Below, in pieces: positions 19,023 through 27,027 of a stretch of 41,367 nucleotides of DNA. Under the pieces are notes generated by a model that saw only the letters and a list, made by a program, of their open reading frames with translations, did not search any database and was not told the DNA's origin. Position 1 is the stretch's first letter; the number at the start of each line of letters is the position of its first letter. This DNA comes from Gemmatimonadota bacterium (GTDB lineage: Bacteria; Gemmatimonadota; Gemmatimonadetes; Gemmatimonadales; GWC2-71-9): the NCBI GenBank assembly GCA_036679605.1, contig JAZDCZ010000392.1:1-41367 (forward strand). The letters run 5' to 3'. The translations under genes and the position numbers were made by a program.

Positions 19023-21311
19023 CTACCCGTCATGTGCCTTGAGCATCAATCGGTGCTCTGTCTGTGCCTCCACCGCATTCCGCGTAAACGGCATCGGAAA
19101 GTATCGGCCGTCACGCCATATCTCTAGCAGATCATCGTAGTGCGGGCTGCCGGGCTGCCCCGATTGACCTGGTGTGCTGGTACCGACTGAATTGTCCCAA
19201 TCAGACAGATCGATGATCTCGCGGAACGATGCGCCGGACTGACCGGTGACGTTTACGGTCGTGTTGTCACCGCCGCGCCCGGTCGGTGGGAGATCGAACG
19301 CCGCGGTTACCGGGTGGATAAAGCGCGTCTCATGCATCGCCCCCCAGCGCCAGGTGGACCAGTCGGGTCCCTGGGACCGTTCGAGACTATCCACGGCGTC
19401 GCTGAGTGCGCTCTCGATCAGTGAGTCACGGAGAACTCGAGGCGTATTCGGTGCGAGTGCTCGGCTGTCGAGCGCGGCACGCCATGCCTTGTAGATTGCA
19501 GCCGCAGGCACTTCGCTGGCGAGCACGGCGTTCCAAGCGGCGAGCATCCTGCGTGCGTGTTCCACCTTCTCGACCTCGGATGACCATCCGCGCAAGATCT
19601 CGATTGCCTGGGCCGCCACGCTGGAGTACTCGTCGTACTGCAGGCGCTCGAAGTCTTCCACGGTGAACCCGCCGCTGTCCGAGAGGATATCGTCCAAGCG
19701 TTGGAAGCGTCGCGGTGATGCCCAGCGGTATCCGAGCGGCGGTGAGTAGCCGGGCGGCATGATGTTGTGGTTCGCGGTGGCAATGTAGCCGCGCGCGGGG
19801 TTGTACTCGCGCGGCAGTTCGCTCATCGGTCGGAAGCCGCGCCACTCATACTTTCCCGTGGCGGGCACGGGAAGACGTCCCACCCAGCCGCAACAACGGA
19901 TCGGGGTCAGGCCCGCCGCCTGCCAACCGATGTTTCCGTCCACGTCGGCATAGATCAGGTTCTCCGACGGGACGAGCCAGTGCTCCATTGCATCGAGGTA
20001 CTCTTCCCAGTTCTGAGCCTGGTCGACCCTCAGAGAGCCCAAGTACCCCGCGGTGCCGGGCTCGGCCAAAACAGACTTGAACGCATAGGCGCGGTTGTTT
20101 GCGGCATCGCGGTATACGATGGGTCCGTGACGGCTGAATTCGAGTTCGACGACGCGCGGTGCTCCGTCCTTCACATAGATCGTGTCTATCTCCACGTGGA
20201 GCGCTTCCCAACCGTCTCCCCATTTCACTTCGTTGGGGTTGTCCGGGTTCAACTCCTCCACGAACAGGTCCTGTTGATCGATGCCGACGATCGTGAGTCC
20301 CCACGCGATGCGCTCATTGTGGCCGATCGCCACGCCGGGTAACGCGGGTTCACCCGATCCGATCACGTTCCAACCGGGTGCGTTCAGGTGCACGAGATAG
20401 CGCAGCGACGGGAGGGTGATACTGCGATGGGGATCGTTTGCGAGGATCGGCTTGCCGGTCGTCGTCATGCCACCGGAGACGACCCAGTTGTTGCTGCCCG
20501 GCTCACCCGCTGCGTTCGTCTCGAACGATGAGAGCGAATTCTCGTACCGGTCGAGCAGAGGTATGCGCGGAACGCCGGCGTAGCCCGCGCCCAAGATCTC
20601 CAAAACCTCCGCGGGTATCTGTGAAACTTCGAGACCGGCGGGCACGCGGAGATTGTGCGGCGGGTCGGGATTGCTACGGCGGTTGGCCTCGGCCAATCCA
20701 AGCGCCGCGACGGATCGGGCGAGTCGCAGTTCTCTGATCGCGTTGCTCGTCATCGGCAGGCCCGCCATGCGCATAATCGGAACTTCGGGCGTCCAAGGAT
20801 CCGGAACGACTCCGGTGAGTTCGAACTCGACCGGCAGGTTGTCCGCGCGGTGCTCTATGAATGCGTTGATGCCGTTCACGAACGCCGAGATGATGCGTTT
20901 GCCGTCGGGGTGGTAGCTGGTCCATTCCGCTTCCATGTCGCCGCGATACTTGAGCAGCCTCGCAAGGCGGTCACGCTCGAACGCGCCCGGGCCCACGATC
21001 TCCGCGAGCCTGCCCTCACCGATCCGGCGCCATATCTCCAGTTGCCACAGCCGGTCCTGCGCCGCCACGAAGCCCTGCGCAAAGAAGAGATCGTCCACGG
21101 TGTTGGCGTAGATGTGTGCTATGCCTGAACTGTCACGCAGGATCTCGACGTCTTGGTCCAGTCCACGCAGTTCGATCTTGCCCTCGACTTGTGAGAGTGC
21201 GCGCTTGGCGAGTTCGTCGAAGTTCTTGGCGCCACTGCCGCATGAAAGTGCGATGAGACAACTGACGCCCAAAGCGGAGACTCGGCCGATTGAACGGTAA
21301 CGGTATGGCAT
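19023..21311 (-). CDS. Penicillin acylase family Ntn-hydrolase, probable lipoprotein
   Basis: GIAHIYA, AQDRLWQ, beta-chain start SNNW, ANDPH, GQSG; lipobox ALSC. Confidence 0.9.
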   Translation of the reverse strand: MPYRYRSIGRVSALGVSCLIALSCGSGAKNFDELAKRALSQVEGKIELRGLDQDVEILRDSSGIAHIYANTVDDLFFAQGFVAAQDRLWQLEIWRRIGEGRLAEIVGPGAFERDRLARLLKYRGDMEAEWTSYHPDGKRIISAFVNGINAFIEHRADNLPVEFELTGVVPDPWTPEVPIMRMAGLPMTSNAIRELRLARSVAALGLAEANRRSNPDPPHNLRVPAGLEVSQIPAEVLEILGAGYAGVPRIPLLDRYENSLSSFETNAAGEPGSNNWVVSGGMTTTGKPILANDPHRSITLPSLRYLVHLNAPGWNVIGSGEPALPGVAIGHNERIAWGLTIVGIDQQDLFVEELNPDNPNEVKWGDGWEALHVEIDTIYVKDGAPRVVELEFSRHGPIVYRDAANNRAYAFKSVLAEPGTAGYLGSLRVDQAQNWEEYLDAMEHWLVPSENLIYADVDGNIGWQAAGLTPIRCCGWVGRLPVPATGKYEWRGFRPMSELPREYNPARGYIATANHNIMPPGYSPPLGYRWASPRRFQRLDDILSDSGGFTVEDFERLQYDEYSSVAAQAIEILRGWSSEVEKVEHARRMLAAWNAVLASEVPAAAIYKAWRAALDSRALAPNTPRVLRDSLIESALSDAVDSLERSQGPDWSTWRWGAMHETRFIHPVTAAFDLPPTGRGGDNTTVNVTGQSGASFREIIDLSDWDNSVGTSTPGQSGQPGSPHYDDLLEIWRDGRYFPMPFTRNAVEAQTEHRLMLKAHDG

Positions 21312-21340
21312 GGTCAGAGCTGTCGGTTGATGACGGCTAA

Positions 21341-21369
21341 GTGATATCGCCGTAGGTGACGGGGGTCAA
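21341..21369 (-). promoter_or_regulatory. Possible sigma70 promoter for the acylase gene
   Basis: Minus strand TTGACC, 17-bp spacer, TATCAC, 30 bp upstream of the start. Confidence 0.35.
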
Positions 21370-21406
21370 TCCCCAGCGTGCCCCGATCAGCAACACTTCG
21401 CAGTTT

Positions 21407-21706
21407 CTACAAGTCATCGGGCGGGCGCTGCAGAAGGCGCGATGAGTGATGGATTGTGATGACCTCTACCGCGTCTTCCCGTACGCGATACATGATACGA
21501 AATGGAGCACGGATAATCTCGCGACGGTCATCCTTGCCGAACTCCGGTACAACGCGCCCAGACAGAGGAAACGTCGAAAGCTGCTCGATGGCCTCGACAA
21601 TCTTCGCGGCTGTAAGTCGACCATATTCAGTAAAGGTTTGGCCGGCAAAAGTGTAGATGGTCTCAAGATCCTCGATGGCCCGATCGGTCCAGACTATTCG
21701 GATCAC
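21407..21706 (-). CDS. RelE/ParE family toxin
   Basis: IVWTDRAIEDLETI...FPLSGRVVPE...RIMYRV...VITIHHSSR. Confidence 0.85.
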   Translation of the reverse strand: MIRIVWTDRAIEDLETIYTFAGQTFTEYGRLTAAKIVEAIEQLSTFPLSGRVVPEFGKDDRREIIRAPFRIMYRVREDAVEVITIHHSSRLLQRPPDDL

Positions 21707-21885
21707 AGACCGAGACGCTTTTTCACCTCATCCTGGGGGGTGACCTGGCCAGCGTCCGCTTGTGCGAGCCCGACTTGTGCCTTGTAGAGGAACAGCAGGC
21801 TGTCGATAGCGTCCTCAAGTGTGGCGTCGGCCGGAAGGCGCTCAACGGCCTTGAGGACTTGCTGTTTGGGCGACGGATCGGCCAT
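21703..21885 (-). CDS. Small antitoxin-like partner of the RelE/ParE toxin
   Basis: 60 aa; KQQVLKAVERLPADATLEDAI...GLAQADAGQV..DEVKKRL; GTGA overlap with the toxin; GAGGGG RBS. Confidence 0.75.
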   Translation of the reverse strand: MADPSPKQQVLKAVERLPADATLEDAIDSLLFLYKAQVGLAQADAGQVTPQDEVKKRLGL

Positions 21886-21988
21886 GGGTCCCCTCTGTAG
21901 GTTCGACTGGATTGCGAAAGATAGCGGTGGTCACGCCTGACGACCAGTCGGAACCGTGGAGAGCGAGGCCAAGGGTAGGTGCGCTCGT

Positions 21989-22259
21989 GCTAGCCTAACT
22001 CCGGACCGAAGGCAATGCGCCATCGTTTCCGCGGGTCGTCGAAACGAACCGTTTTCGGGTCGAAAGCATCGGGCGCGTAGTGCCCGCCGAGCCACTCCAG
22101 CATGCTCTCATGTTCCGCGTGAGCGGGGTCACGAATTGCCTCGAGCAACTCCTCATAGCCCACGACTCCGCCACAATCCTCTGGCGGACAGGCTGGCGCG
22201 CCTGCTAGACACAAGGGATACTGCGTCCGTGGAACGCGAGGGATGATGTCCTCGAGCAC
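21989..22259 (-). pseudogene. 3' fragment duplicate of the pRiA4b ORF-3 family gene
   Basis: 271 bp nearly identical (about 14 mismatches by eye) to 24551-24821; the 5' half of the gene is absent. Confidence 0.85.
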
Positions 22260-22296
22260 GCTCCGGTTGATACCTTGGCATACGAGAATTCCCAAG

Positions 22297-22818
22297 TTAG
22301 GCGTCGGAATCGTCACCGCGATCTGGAGGCGCGCACCCCTGGGCGGGCTCGGCCGGGACCGCAAGCGCGCTAGCACGAACCTCCCCAATTAGGTGTAGCG
22401 TCACGTTCCACTGACGCGCAAGCAGAAGGAGATGACGTCCTTGTTCCCGGGAGCGGTAGCGGAGTTGGATATCCTCGATGGCCCTGATTAGGCAGTCGCG
22501 GACACGTGGGGACACTGTGGCAGTCACCGGGGAACCCGGGGGGCCAACAGCGGAACGGGGGAGCCTATAGCCATACCCTCTGCTCCACACGGTTACGATG
22601 GCTTGGTCAGCTTCGTATCTGCAGAATCTCAGTTCGTCCCCAGGAAGGACGGTAACAAACCGGCGTCCCGTGTCCCATTCCCGTAGGGTTGCTTCGGCGC
22701 TGACACGAACGTAGCCTCTTTCCCGGCCGACACCGCATCCACCGAAACTGGGGACCTGCGCTTCCATTGCGGGAGCGAGGAAGGTGATGAGCAATAGAGG
22801 GAATAGTAGTCGCCGCAT
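22297..22818 (-). CDS. Hypothetical secreted protein (gene cassette)
   Basis: GGAGG RBS; signal peptide MRRLLFPLLLITFLAPAMEA; the TAA stop lies inside the GCCTAAC core site (22296-22302). Confidence 0.6.
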   Translation of the reverse strand: MRRLLFPLLLITFLAPAMEAQVPSFGGCGVGRERGYVRVSAEATLREWDTGRRFVTVLPGDELRFCRYEADQAIVTVWSRGYGYRLPRSAVGPPGSPVTATVSPRVRDCLIRAIEDIQLRYRSREQGRHLLLLARQWNVTLHLIGEVRASALAVPAEPAQGCAPPDRGDDSDA

Positions 22819-22839
22819 GATGCCTCCTGAAAGAGTGCT

Positions 22840-23156
22840 GCCTAGCGTCCTTGCGCCTGAGCTGCAGGCAACTTGCCGACAGACGAACTGACGGTAGCTA
22901 TCCTGCGCATGATCAACTCTTGCCGAACGTGCACCATCCTCGCCCGCGGACAACCCAACGACTTCCGTACCACGCGTCAGTGCCTGACAGCTCCAAGCTG
23001 AGCCTGCGTGAGAACTCGTACCGATTGCGGCCTCGGAGAATCCCGACGCTCACATTTCGCTCAGGAGCCATGATCTCGAGTCGGTCCAAGGTCGGAGGAA
23101 GACCCCCTGTTCATCCACGTTCGGGACTTTTCACACGCCCTCTTGGCGGGTTAGAC
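22840..23156 (-). other. Degenerate attC site interrupted by a MITE-like insertion
   Basis: Minus strand: R'' GTCTAAC (23156-23150); L-box stem CTTGGAGCTGTCAGGCA (22997-22981) pairing with TGCCTGCAGCTCAGG (22870-22856); R' GCTAGGC (22846-22840). Confidence 0.65.
23000..23142. mobile_element. ~143-bp non-autonomous element (MITE) with IS1182-like ends
   Basis: Imperfect terminal inverted repeats GAGCCTGCGTGAGAACTC (23000-23017) and GACTTTTCACACGCCCTC (23125-23142), 12/18 complementary; no transposase inside. Confidence 0.5.
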
Positions 23157-23390
23157 CGTGGGCCCATTTGCTGGACCGTCCAGGCGAAGTAGCCATGCCC
23201 GGTCGCATGTCGGGCATGGCGCATCGATCTGCTTGACCCCCTCAATTGAATCGAAGTGCGCTTGCAGAACAACGGAGTGACCTTCCGGGCACTGGATGAG
23301 GCGAGCACTTCCAAGCGAAACGGAGCCGTCGTGCTCCCAAAAGAGGATATCGATCTGCTTGCCTACTACCCAATGGTTGGCAGTGGTCAT
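23151..23390 (-). CDS. Small hypothetical protein with CxxxH and CxxC motifs
   Basis: 79 aa; CPEGH and CPTC; the stop TAA is part of the GTCTAAC core site. Confidence 0.45.
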   Translation of the reverse strand: MTTANHWVVGKQIDILFWEHDGSVSLGSARLIQCPEGHSVVLQAHFDSIEGVKQIDAPCPTCDRAWLLRLDGPANGPTV

Positions 23391-23469
23391 GTAATGTCCT
23401 AGAAAAGGCTTCGGAGAGACTCCGCTCGAACTCGCACGCCATTGCTAGACTTGCTGGTCTACTGCCGAT

Positions 23470-23889
23470 CTATGGACGATCATTCAGGGCTTTGCTGGTG
23501 AGAGACATGAGTATCTCCGCGTACGTGGCGAGGCCGGCTGCCTCTCGCCCAGGTAGCTCGCCAGTTCGGCGAAGTCCATTGAGGACGTCGGTAGCCAAAT
23601 CCGCTGAGATTCGACGGACCGCACCTCGGACATCTGCAGTGGAAGAGTCGCTGGTTGGCTCGGCCAGCGAAAACAGCGTGACAGCGACTGACGCGAAGTA
23701 GATGGCGTCAACGAGTGCGCGGGATTCGCCCGTGCCCGCGAAATCGCGAAGAAACCTGGCAGACGAGTCCGCCGCGGCTATCGCCCTGTGACGCAAGTCA
23801 GCTTCTGGAACGACCTGAGCGTCCCCTTGGTGGGCAAGGGCAGACACGAGAGCGAAAGCTGTGAAGAATGTGCGAAGTCTCCCGTTCAC
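23470..23889 (-). CDS. Hypothetical secreted protein
   Basis: GAGGAGG RBS with GTG start; N-terminal signal-peptide-like stretch. Confidence 0.55.
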   Translation of the reverse strand: MNGRLRTFFTAFALVSALAHQGDAQVVPEADLRHRAIAAADSSARFLRDFAGTGESRALVDAIYFASVAVTLFSLAEPTSDSSTADVRGAVRRISADLATDVLNGLRRTGELPGREAAGLATYAEILMSLTSKALNDRP

Positions 23890-23905
23890 GACAACCTCCT
23901 CTGAG

Positions 23906-24250
23906 CTAGAGTTTCCCGGCCACCAACCTCTTCTGAAACGTTTCGTCGCTCATGAAGAGGTATTGAAGCGCCTCGATTGCACCGAACAGCATAGGCAAGA
24001 ACGTCCATATGAACAAGGCGTACAGGATTCCCACGCCTGGTTTGCCGACGTAGAACTTGTGGGCGCCTACGCCCCCGAGGAAGAAGGCGAGCGCAATCGC
24101 GACCCCACGGCTCTTTTGCACCGTTACCCGCATGGGGGCGCTCGCTGCACGGTTGCCGGGCGAGTCGTCCATAGGGTAGCCACATTGAGGGCAGGATCGA
24201 GCGTGATTGGAGACTCGTTTCCCGCATTCGGGGCAGTCTACTAGTGCCAT
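23906..24250 (-). CDS. Zinc-ribbon plus TM2 domain protein
   Basis: CPECG...[30 protein letters not shown] is a TM2 signature. Confidence 0.85.
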   Translation of the reverse strand: MALVDCPECGKRVSNHARSCPQCGYPMDDSPGNRAASAPMRVTVQKSRGVAIALAFFLGGVGAHKFYVGKPGVGILYALFIWTFLPMLFGAIEALQYLFMSDETFQKRLVAGKL

Positions 24251-24282
24251 TCGGTGACTTCCTTAGTCATGGTCCGACCGCC

Positions 24283-24557
24283 GTCTAACGCATGTTGAAA
24301 GCGCACCCCTACTACCATGGAGTCGACGAAAACCCAGGGACCACTGCAAGGAGCGGCTCTCATGAAGCGAACGACGAAGTATGTGGCGTTTGAGGTCCAT
24401 CAGGCAACCACGGTCGTCTCGGTGCGGGATGACAGCGGGCGGGGTGCTCACGCGGAGCGGCCTGGAGACGCAGGGGCCGTCGTTTGTCGAGTTGCTCTGC
24501 AGAGCGGCCGGCAGGTTCATGGCGTTGTCAGCCGGTCCTCCACACGAAGCGCTAGCC
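24283..24557 (-). other. Disrupted attC site containing an IS110 remnant
   Basis: Minus strand: R''-like GGCTAGC (24557-24551) overlapping the stop of the pRiA4b gene, and R' GTTAGAC (24289-24283); the IS110 fragment lies between them. Confidence 0.55.
24362..24530 (+). pseudogene. IS110-family transposase N-terminal remnant
   Basis: MKRTTKYVAFEVHQATTVVSVRDDSGR, then after a frameshift VLTRSGLETQGPSFVELL. Matches the 'KYV(G/A)LDVH...V.D..GRV' start of DEDD transposases, with the first Asp changed to Glu. AAGGAG RBS. Confidence 0.65.
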
Positions 24558-25163
24558 TGATTCCGGACCGAAGGCAATGCGCCATCGTTTCCGCGGGTCG
24601 TCGAAACGAACCGTTTTCGGGTCGAAAGCATCGGGCTCGTAGTTCCCGCCGAGCCACTCCAGCATGCTCTCATGTTCCTTATGAACCGGGTCACGAATTG
24701 CCTCGAGCAACTCCTCATAGCCCGCGACTCCGCCACAGTCCTCTGGCGGACAGGCTCGCGCGCCTGCTAAACACAAGGGATACTTCGTCCGTGGAACGCG
24801 AGGGATGATGTCCTCGAGCACAACTTCGTGCTGCCAGTCGTCTCCAAAATCATACTCGTAACCCGCCGACGCGCCTACTTCCGCGAAATAGCCCACAATC
24901 GGGAGATCCCAACCGGGCAACGTGACCGGATCGCCTTCGAACGGGTCATCATCCGGAATGCCGATCAACTCGGTCTGACCAGACTTGGGATTGGCCATCC
25001 GGAACAGGTGGAGATGGCAATCCTGCCAACCCACGGCATCCTGGATCGCCACATGAAGGTCCCAGAAGTTGTACGACTCGGGAACTTGGAACCGCCTCCA
25101 GACCAGCGGCTCGACTTCCTTCAAGGTCACCTTGAACTGGAAAACTCTCCCTTGGTTTGCCAT
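24552..25163 (-). CDS. Plasmid pRiA4b ORF-3 family protein (gene cassette)
   Basis: VWRRFQVP, LHVAIQDAVGWQDCHLHLF, YEYDFGDDWQH, GARACPPEDCGG. Confidence 0.9.
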   Translation of the reverse strand: MANQGRVFQFKVTLKEVEPLVWRRFQVPESYNFWDLHVAIQDAVGWQDCHLHLFRMANPKSGQTELIGIPDDDPFEGDPVTLPGWDLPIVGYFAEVGASAGYEYDFGDDWQHEVVLEDIIPRVPRTKYPLCLAGARACPPEDCGGVAGYEELLEAIRDPVHKEHESMLEWLGGNYEPDAFDPKTVRFDDPRKRWRIAFGPESG

Positions 25164-25178
25164 GGTCTTCTCTTACCT

Positions 25179-25205
25179 GGCTAACGGCCAGCCGTTCCGT
25201 CAGCC
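25179..25205 (-). other. Shrunken attC-like site (27 bp)
   Basis: Minus strand GGCTGAC-GGAACGGCTGGCC-GTTAGCC; the R''-like end contains the upstream gene's TGA stop. Confidence 0.5.
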
Positions 25206-25418
25206 CTGAACCGGGGTGAGACGGTAAACGCGGTCGGCCAGCTGCGAGGCCCGCTCGACATCCCCCGCCCGCAGCGCGTCTCGCACATCGTCCAGCCTGT
25301 ACGCATCTTCCAAAGACAGGTACGGCGTCCAAGCTCCTTCAGCTTCCACGAGTTCAACCGCCACCTCAGCAATGAGTTCTCCCTCGCGCACGAGTTTCTT
25401 TGTCGACCTGCGGCTCAT
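25200..25418 (-). CDS. Small protein coupled to the DUF4258-like gene (putative antitoxin)
   Basis: ATGA overlap with the upstream gene; KLVREGELIAEVAVEL...WTPYLSLEDAYRLDDVRDALRAGD. Confidence 0.7.
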   Translation of the reverse strand: MSRRSTKKLVREGELIAEVAVELVEAEGAWTPYLSLEDAYRLDDVRDALRAGDVERASQLADRVYRLTPVQG

Positions 25419-25738
25419 TTCCGCCTCCTTTGCCACGTCTCGTCCCACTTCTCTGGGTCGGGCCTGTACCCAGTTATCAAGACAGCGGGCGAATCCTGAC
25501 CCGCCGGGATGCCCCAGACTACGTGATTCGGCCGACCGTCTCTATCCTGCTCCAAGACCAGCACGTATGGTCCCTTAGGATAGTCTGGATAATCCTCGAC
25601 AACAACGGCCGCCCCCAACCCATCGACGGCGTCACGCACGCGTATCGTGTCCGCGGCAAGTTGCTCGTAGCCATGAAGTGATACGCGCACTTCACCGCGC
25701 GCCACCAACGCTTGCACCTGTTCCAGGGTTTTGCTCAA
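25415..25738 (-). CDS. DUF4258-like protein (putative RNase-fold toxin)
   Basis: VRVSLHG...VVEDYPDYPKGPYVLVL...HVVWG...LITGYRPDPEKW; TTG start just after GTTATGA. Confidence 0.75.
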   Translation of the reverse strand: MSKTLEQVQALVARGEVRVSLHGYEQLAADTIRVRDAVDGLGAAVVVEDYPDYPKGPYVLVLEQDRDGRPNHVVWGIPAGQDSPAVLITGYRPDPEKWDETWQRRRK

Positions 25739-25744
25739 GTCCGT

Positions 25745-25795
25745 TCATAACCTCTGGCAGCAACTCTGTTGTGTCCCGCTAGCGCCTTGTTAGCC
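25745..25795 (-). other. Short attC site
   Basis: Minus strand: GGCTAAC, 5-nt spacer AAGGC, GCTAGC ... GCTGC, 5-nt spacer CAGAG, GTTATGA. The L boxes pair with one extrahelical base; R'' contains the HNH gene's stop. Confidence 0.7.
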
Positions 25796-26470
25796 CGCCT
25801 CATCGTTCATGTTCCCCTTGCCAAGATTGCAACGGTCGCACAGCGTCTGCAAGTTCTCGAAGACGGTCTCGCCACCTTTGCTCCAGGGGACGGTGTGATC
25901 CACATGAAGTTCTACTCCGATGCTATTGGCGGGGCTGCTGCCGCAGGATTGGCATGTGAATCGATCTCTTTGCAAGACCCGAAACCGAAGTCGAAGGTCC
26001 GGGTCTCGCGGTGTACTTTTCACCGGACTGGCGGAGGACTGATCGGGGGGCGCGGCCCCGGCCTCGTTGGCGTTGGCGAACTCCACGAATTGCTGCAGCG
26101 CCGAGCCCCATGAGCCGAATCGCCGCAGATACGGTGATTGCGAAACCGTGGATGGTGGTTCTTCGAGTTCTCGTCGCCGCGGCTGCCTCCCGTAGTGGGA
26201 CCAGAGTCTGAGGATGTTCTCGAATAGTTGTTCGTCCGCCAGCCCTGGCGAATGCGATAGATCAAGTTCGGCGGCCATCAATGCGCTGTTCCACGATCCG
26301 AAACGCCTGGTCACCGTCGAATCGTCGTACTTGCCGAGCCTCCGGTATTCCTTCTCTCCAACGGTGGTCTTTCCAGTGTGTTTGGCAACACGCTTGAGAT
26401 CGGCAAGCAGCTCCGCGTCACTCACGGGTTGCCCGGATACTCTTTCGATTCTGAAACGCTTGCTGTCCAT
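25790..26470 (-). CDS. HNH endonuclease with two N-terminal homing-endonuclease-associated repeats (gene cassette)
   Basis: Repeated RRFGSW..AL units; VLQRDRFTCQSCG, LHVDH, NLQTLCDRCNLGK. Confidence 0.85.
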   Translation of the reverse strand: MDSKRFRIERVSGQPVSDAELLADLKRVAKHTGKTTVGEKEYRRLGKYDDSTVTRRFGSWNSALMAAELDLSHSPGLADEQLFENILRLWSHYGRQPRRRELEEPPSTVSQSPYLRRFGSWGSALQQFVEFANANEAGAAPPDQSSASPVKSTPRDPDLRLRFRVLQRDRFTCQSCGSSPANSIGVELHVDHTVPWSKGGETVFENLQTLCDRCNLGKGNMNDEAG

Positions 26471-26486
26471 GCCTACGACCTTGTCG

Positions 26487-26624
26487 GGCTAACGACTCTG
26501 CGCTTGAGCTAGCGGGCGTGCACGCCCTGCCAGCCGCGCCTATCTCTCGGGTTACTCGTATCTTGCCGGAGCCCATCATAACGCCATCCACCGCGCCGGG
26601 CAGCTCCTAGCGCGCCGGTTAGGC
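26487..26624 (-). other. attC site (~138 bp)
   Basis: Minus strand: R'' GCCTAAC (26624-26618), L'' CTAGGAGCTG, L' TAGCTCAAG, R' GTTAGCC (26493-26487); imperfect palindrome. Confidence 0.8.
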
Positions 26625-26693
26625 CGCATCTTATTCCGGCGTGAATAAGTAGCAGTTGTTAACGTGCCGTCAGCAAGAGTAGTCTCAGACCAC

Positions 26694-26981
26694 TCAGTTG
26701 CTGGGCGTGAAACGATTCCGTGACTTGGCCGAATGCAGCGATGACTCACCCAGAACCAGAAGAGCGGTGACGACTCCGATCGCGGTGACATACACGACGA
26801 AGCGGCCTGCATCAATTCTCCAGTATCCGCCACGGCGACTGAGCACAAAGAAATGGTCGGTTCTGCCTGCTACAAACTCGCCGGGCTCCGGGCCTATCGT
26901 CAACCTCATAGGCGGAAACATTGCCAGAGCCAGCTCGAGTGCGAGGCCGAGCATGATGAGGAGCCGTGTCGGAGGTCTCAT
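26694..26981 (-). CDS. Small hypothetical membrane protein (gene cassette)
   Basis: 95 aa with two hydrophobic segments; lies between a GTTCGGCC start site (27012-27005) and an attC. Confidence 0.5.
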   Translation of the reverse strand: MRPPTRLLIMLGLALELALAMFPPMRLTIGPEPGEFVAGRTDHFFVLSRRGGYWRIDAGRFVVYVTAIGVVTALLVLGESSLHSAKSRNRFTPSN

Positions 26982-27027
26982 AGGCTTTAGGGCGGGGGTT
27001 TAGGGGCCGAACTCATACTTCGACGCA

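Noticed and set aside
21935..21995. Possible attC between the duplicate fragment and the RelE/ParE operon
   Set aside because: Only degenerate cores (GGCTAGC and GTCAGGC) and no convincing L-box pairing; used only as an approximate array edge.
21990..22388. 132-aa ORF as a real gene
   Set aside because: It is a chimera of an alternate frame of the neighbouring cassette and the duplicated pRiA4b fragment.
24317..24808. 163-aa plus-strand ORF as an intact gene
   Set aside because: Only the first part is IS110-like; the rest is antisense to the pRiA4b gene after a frameshift.
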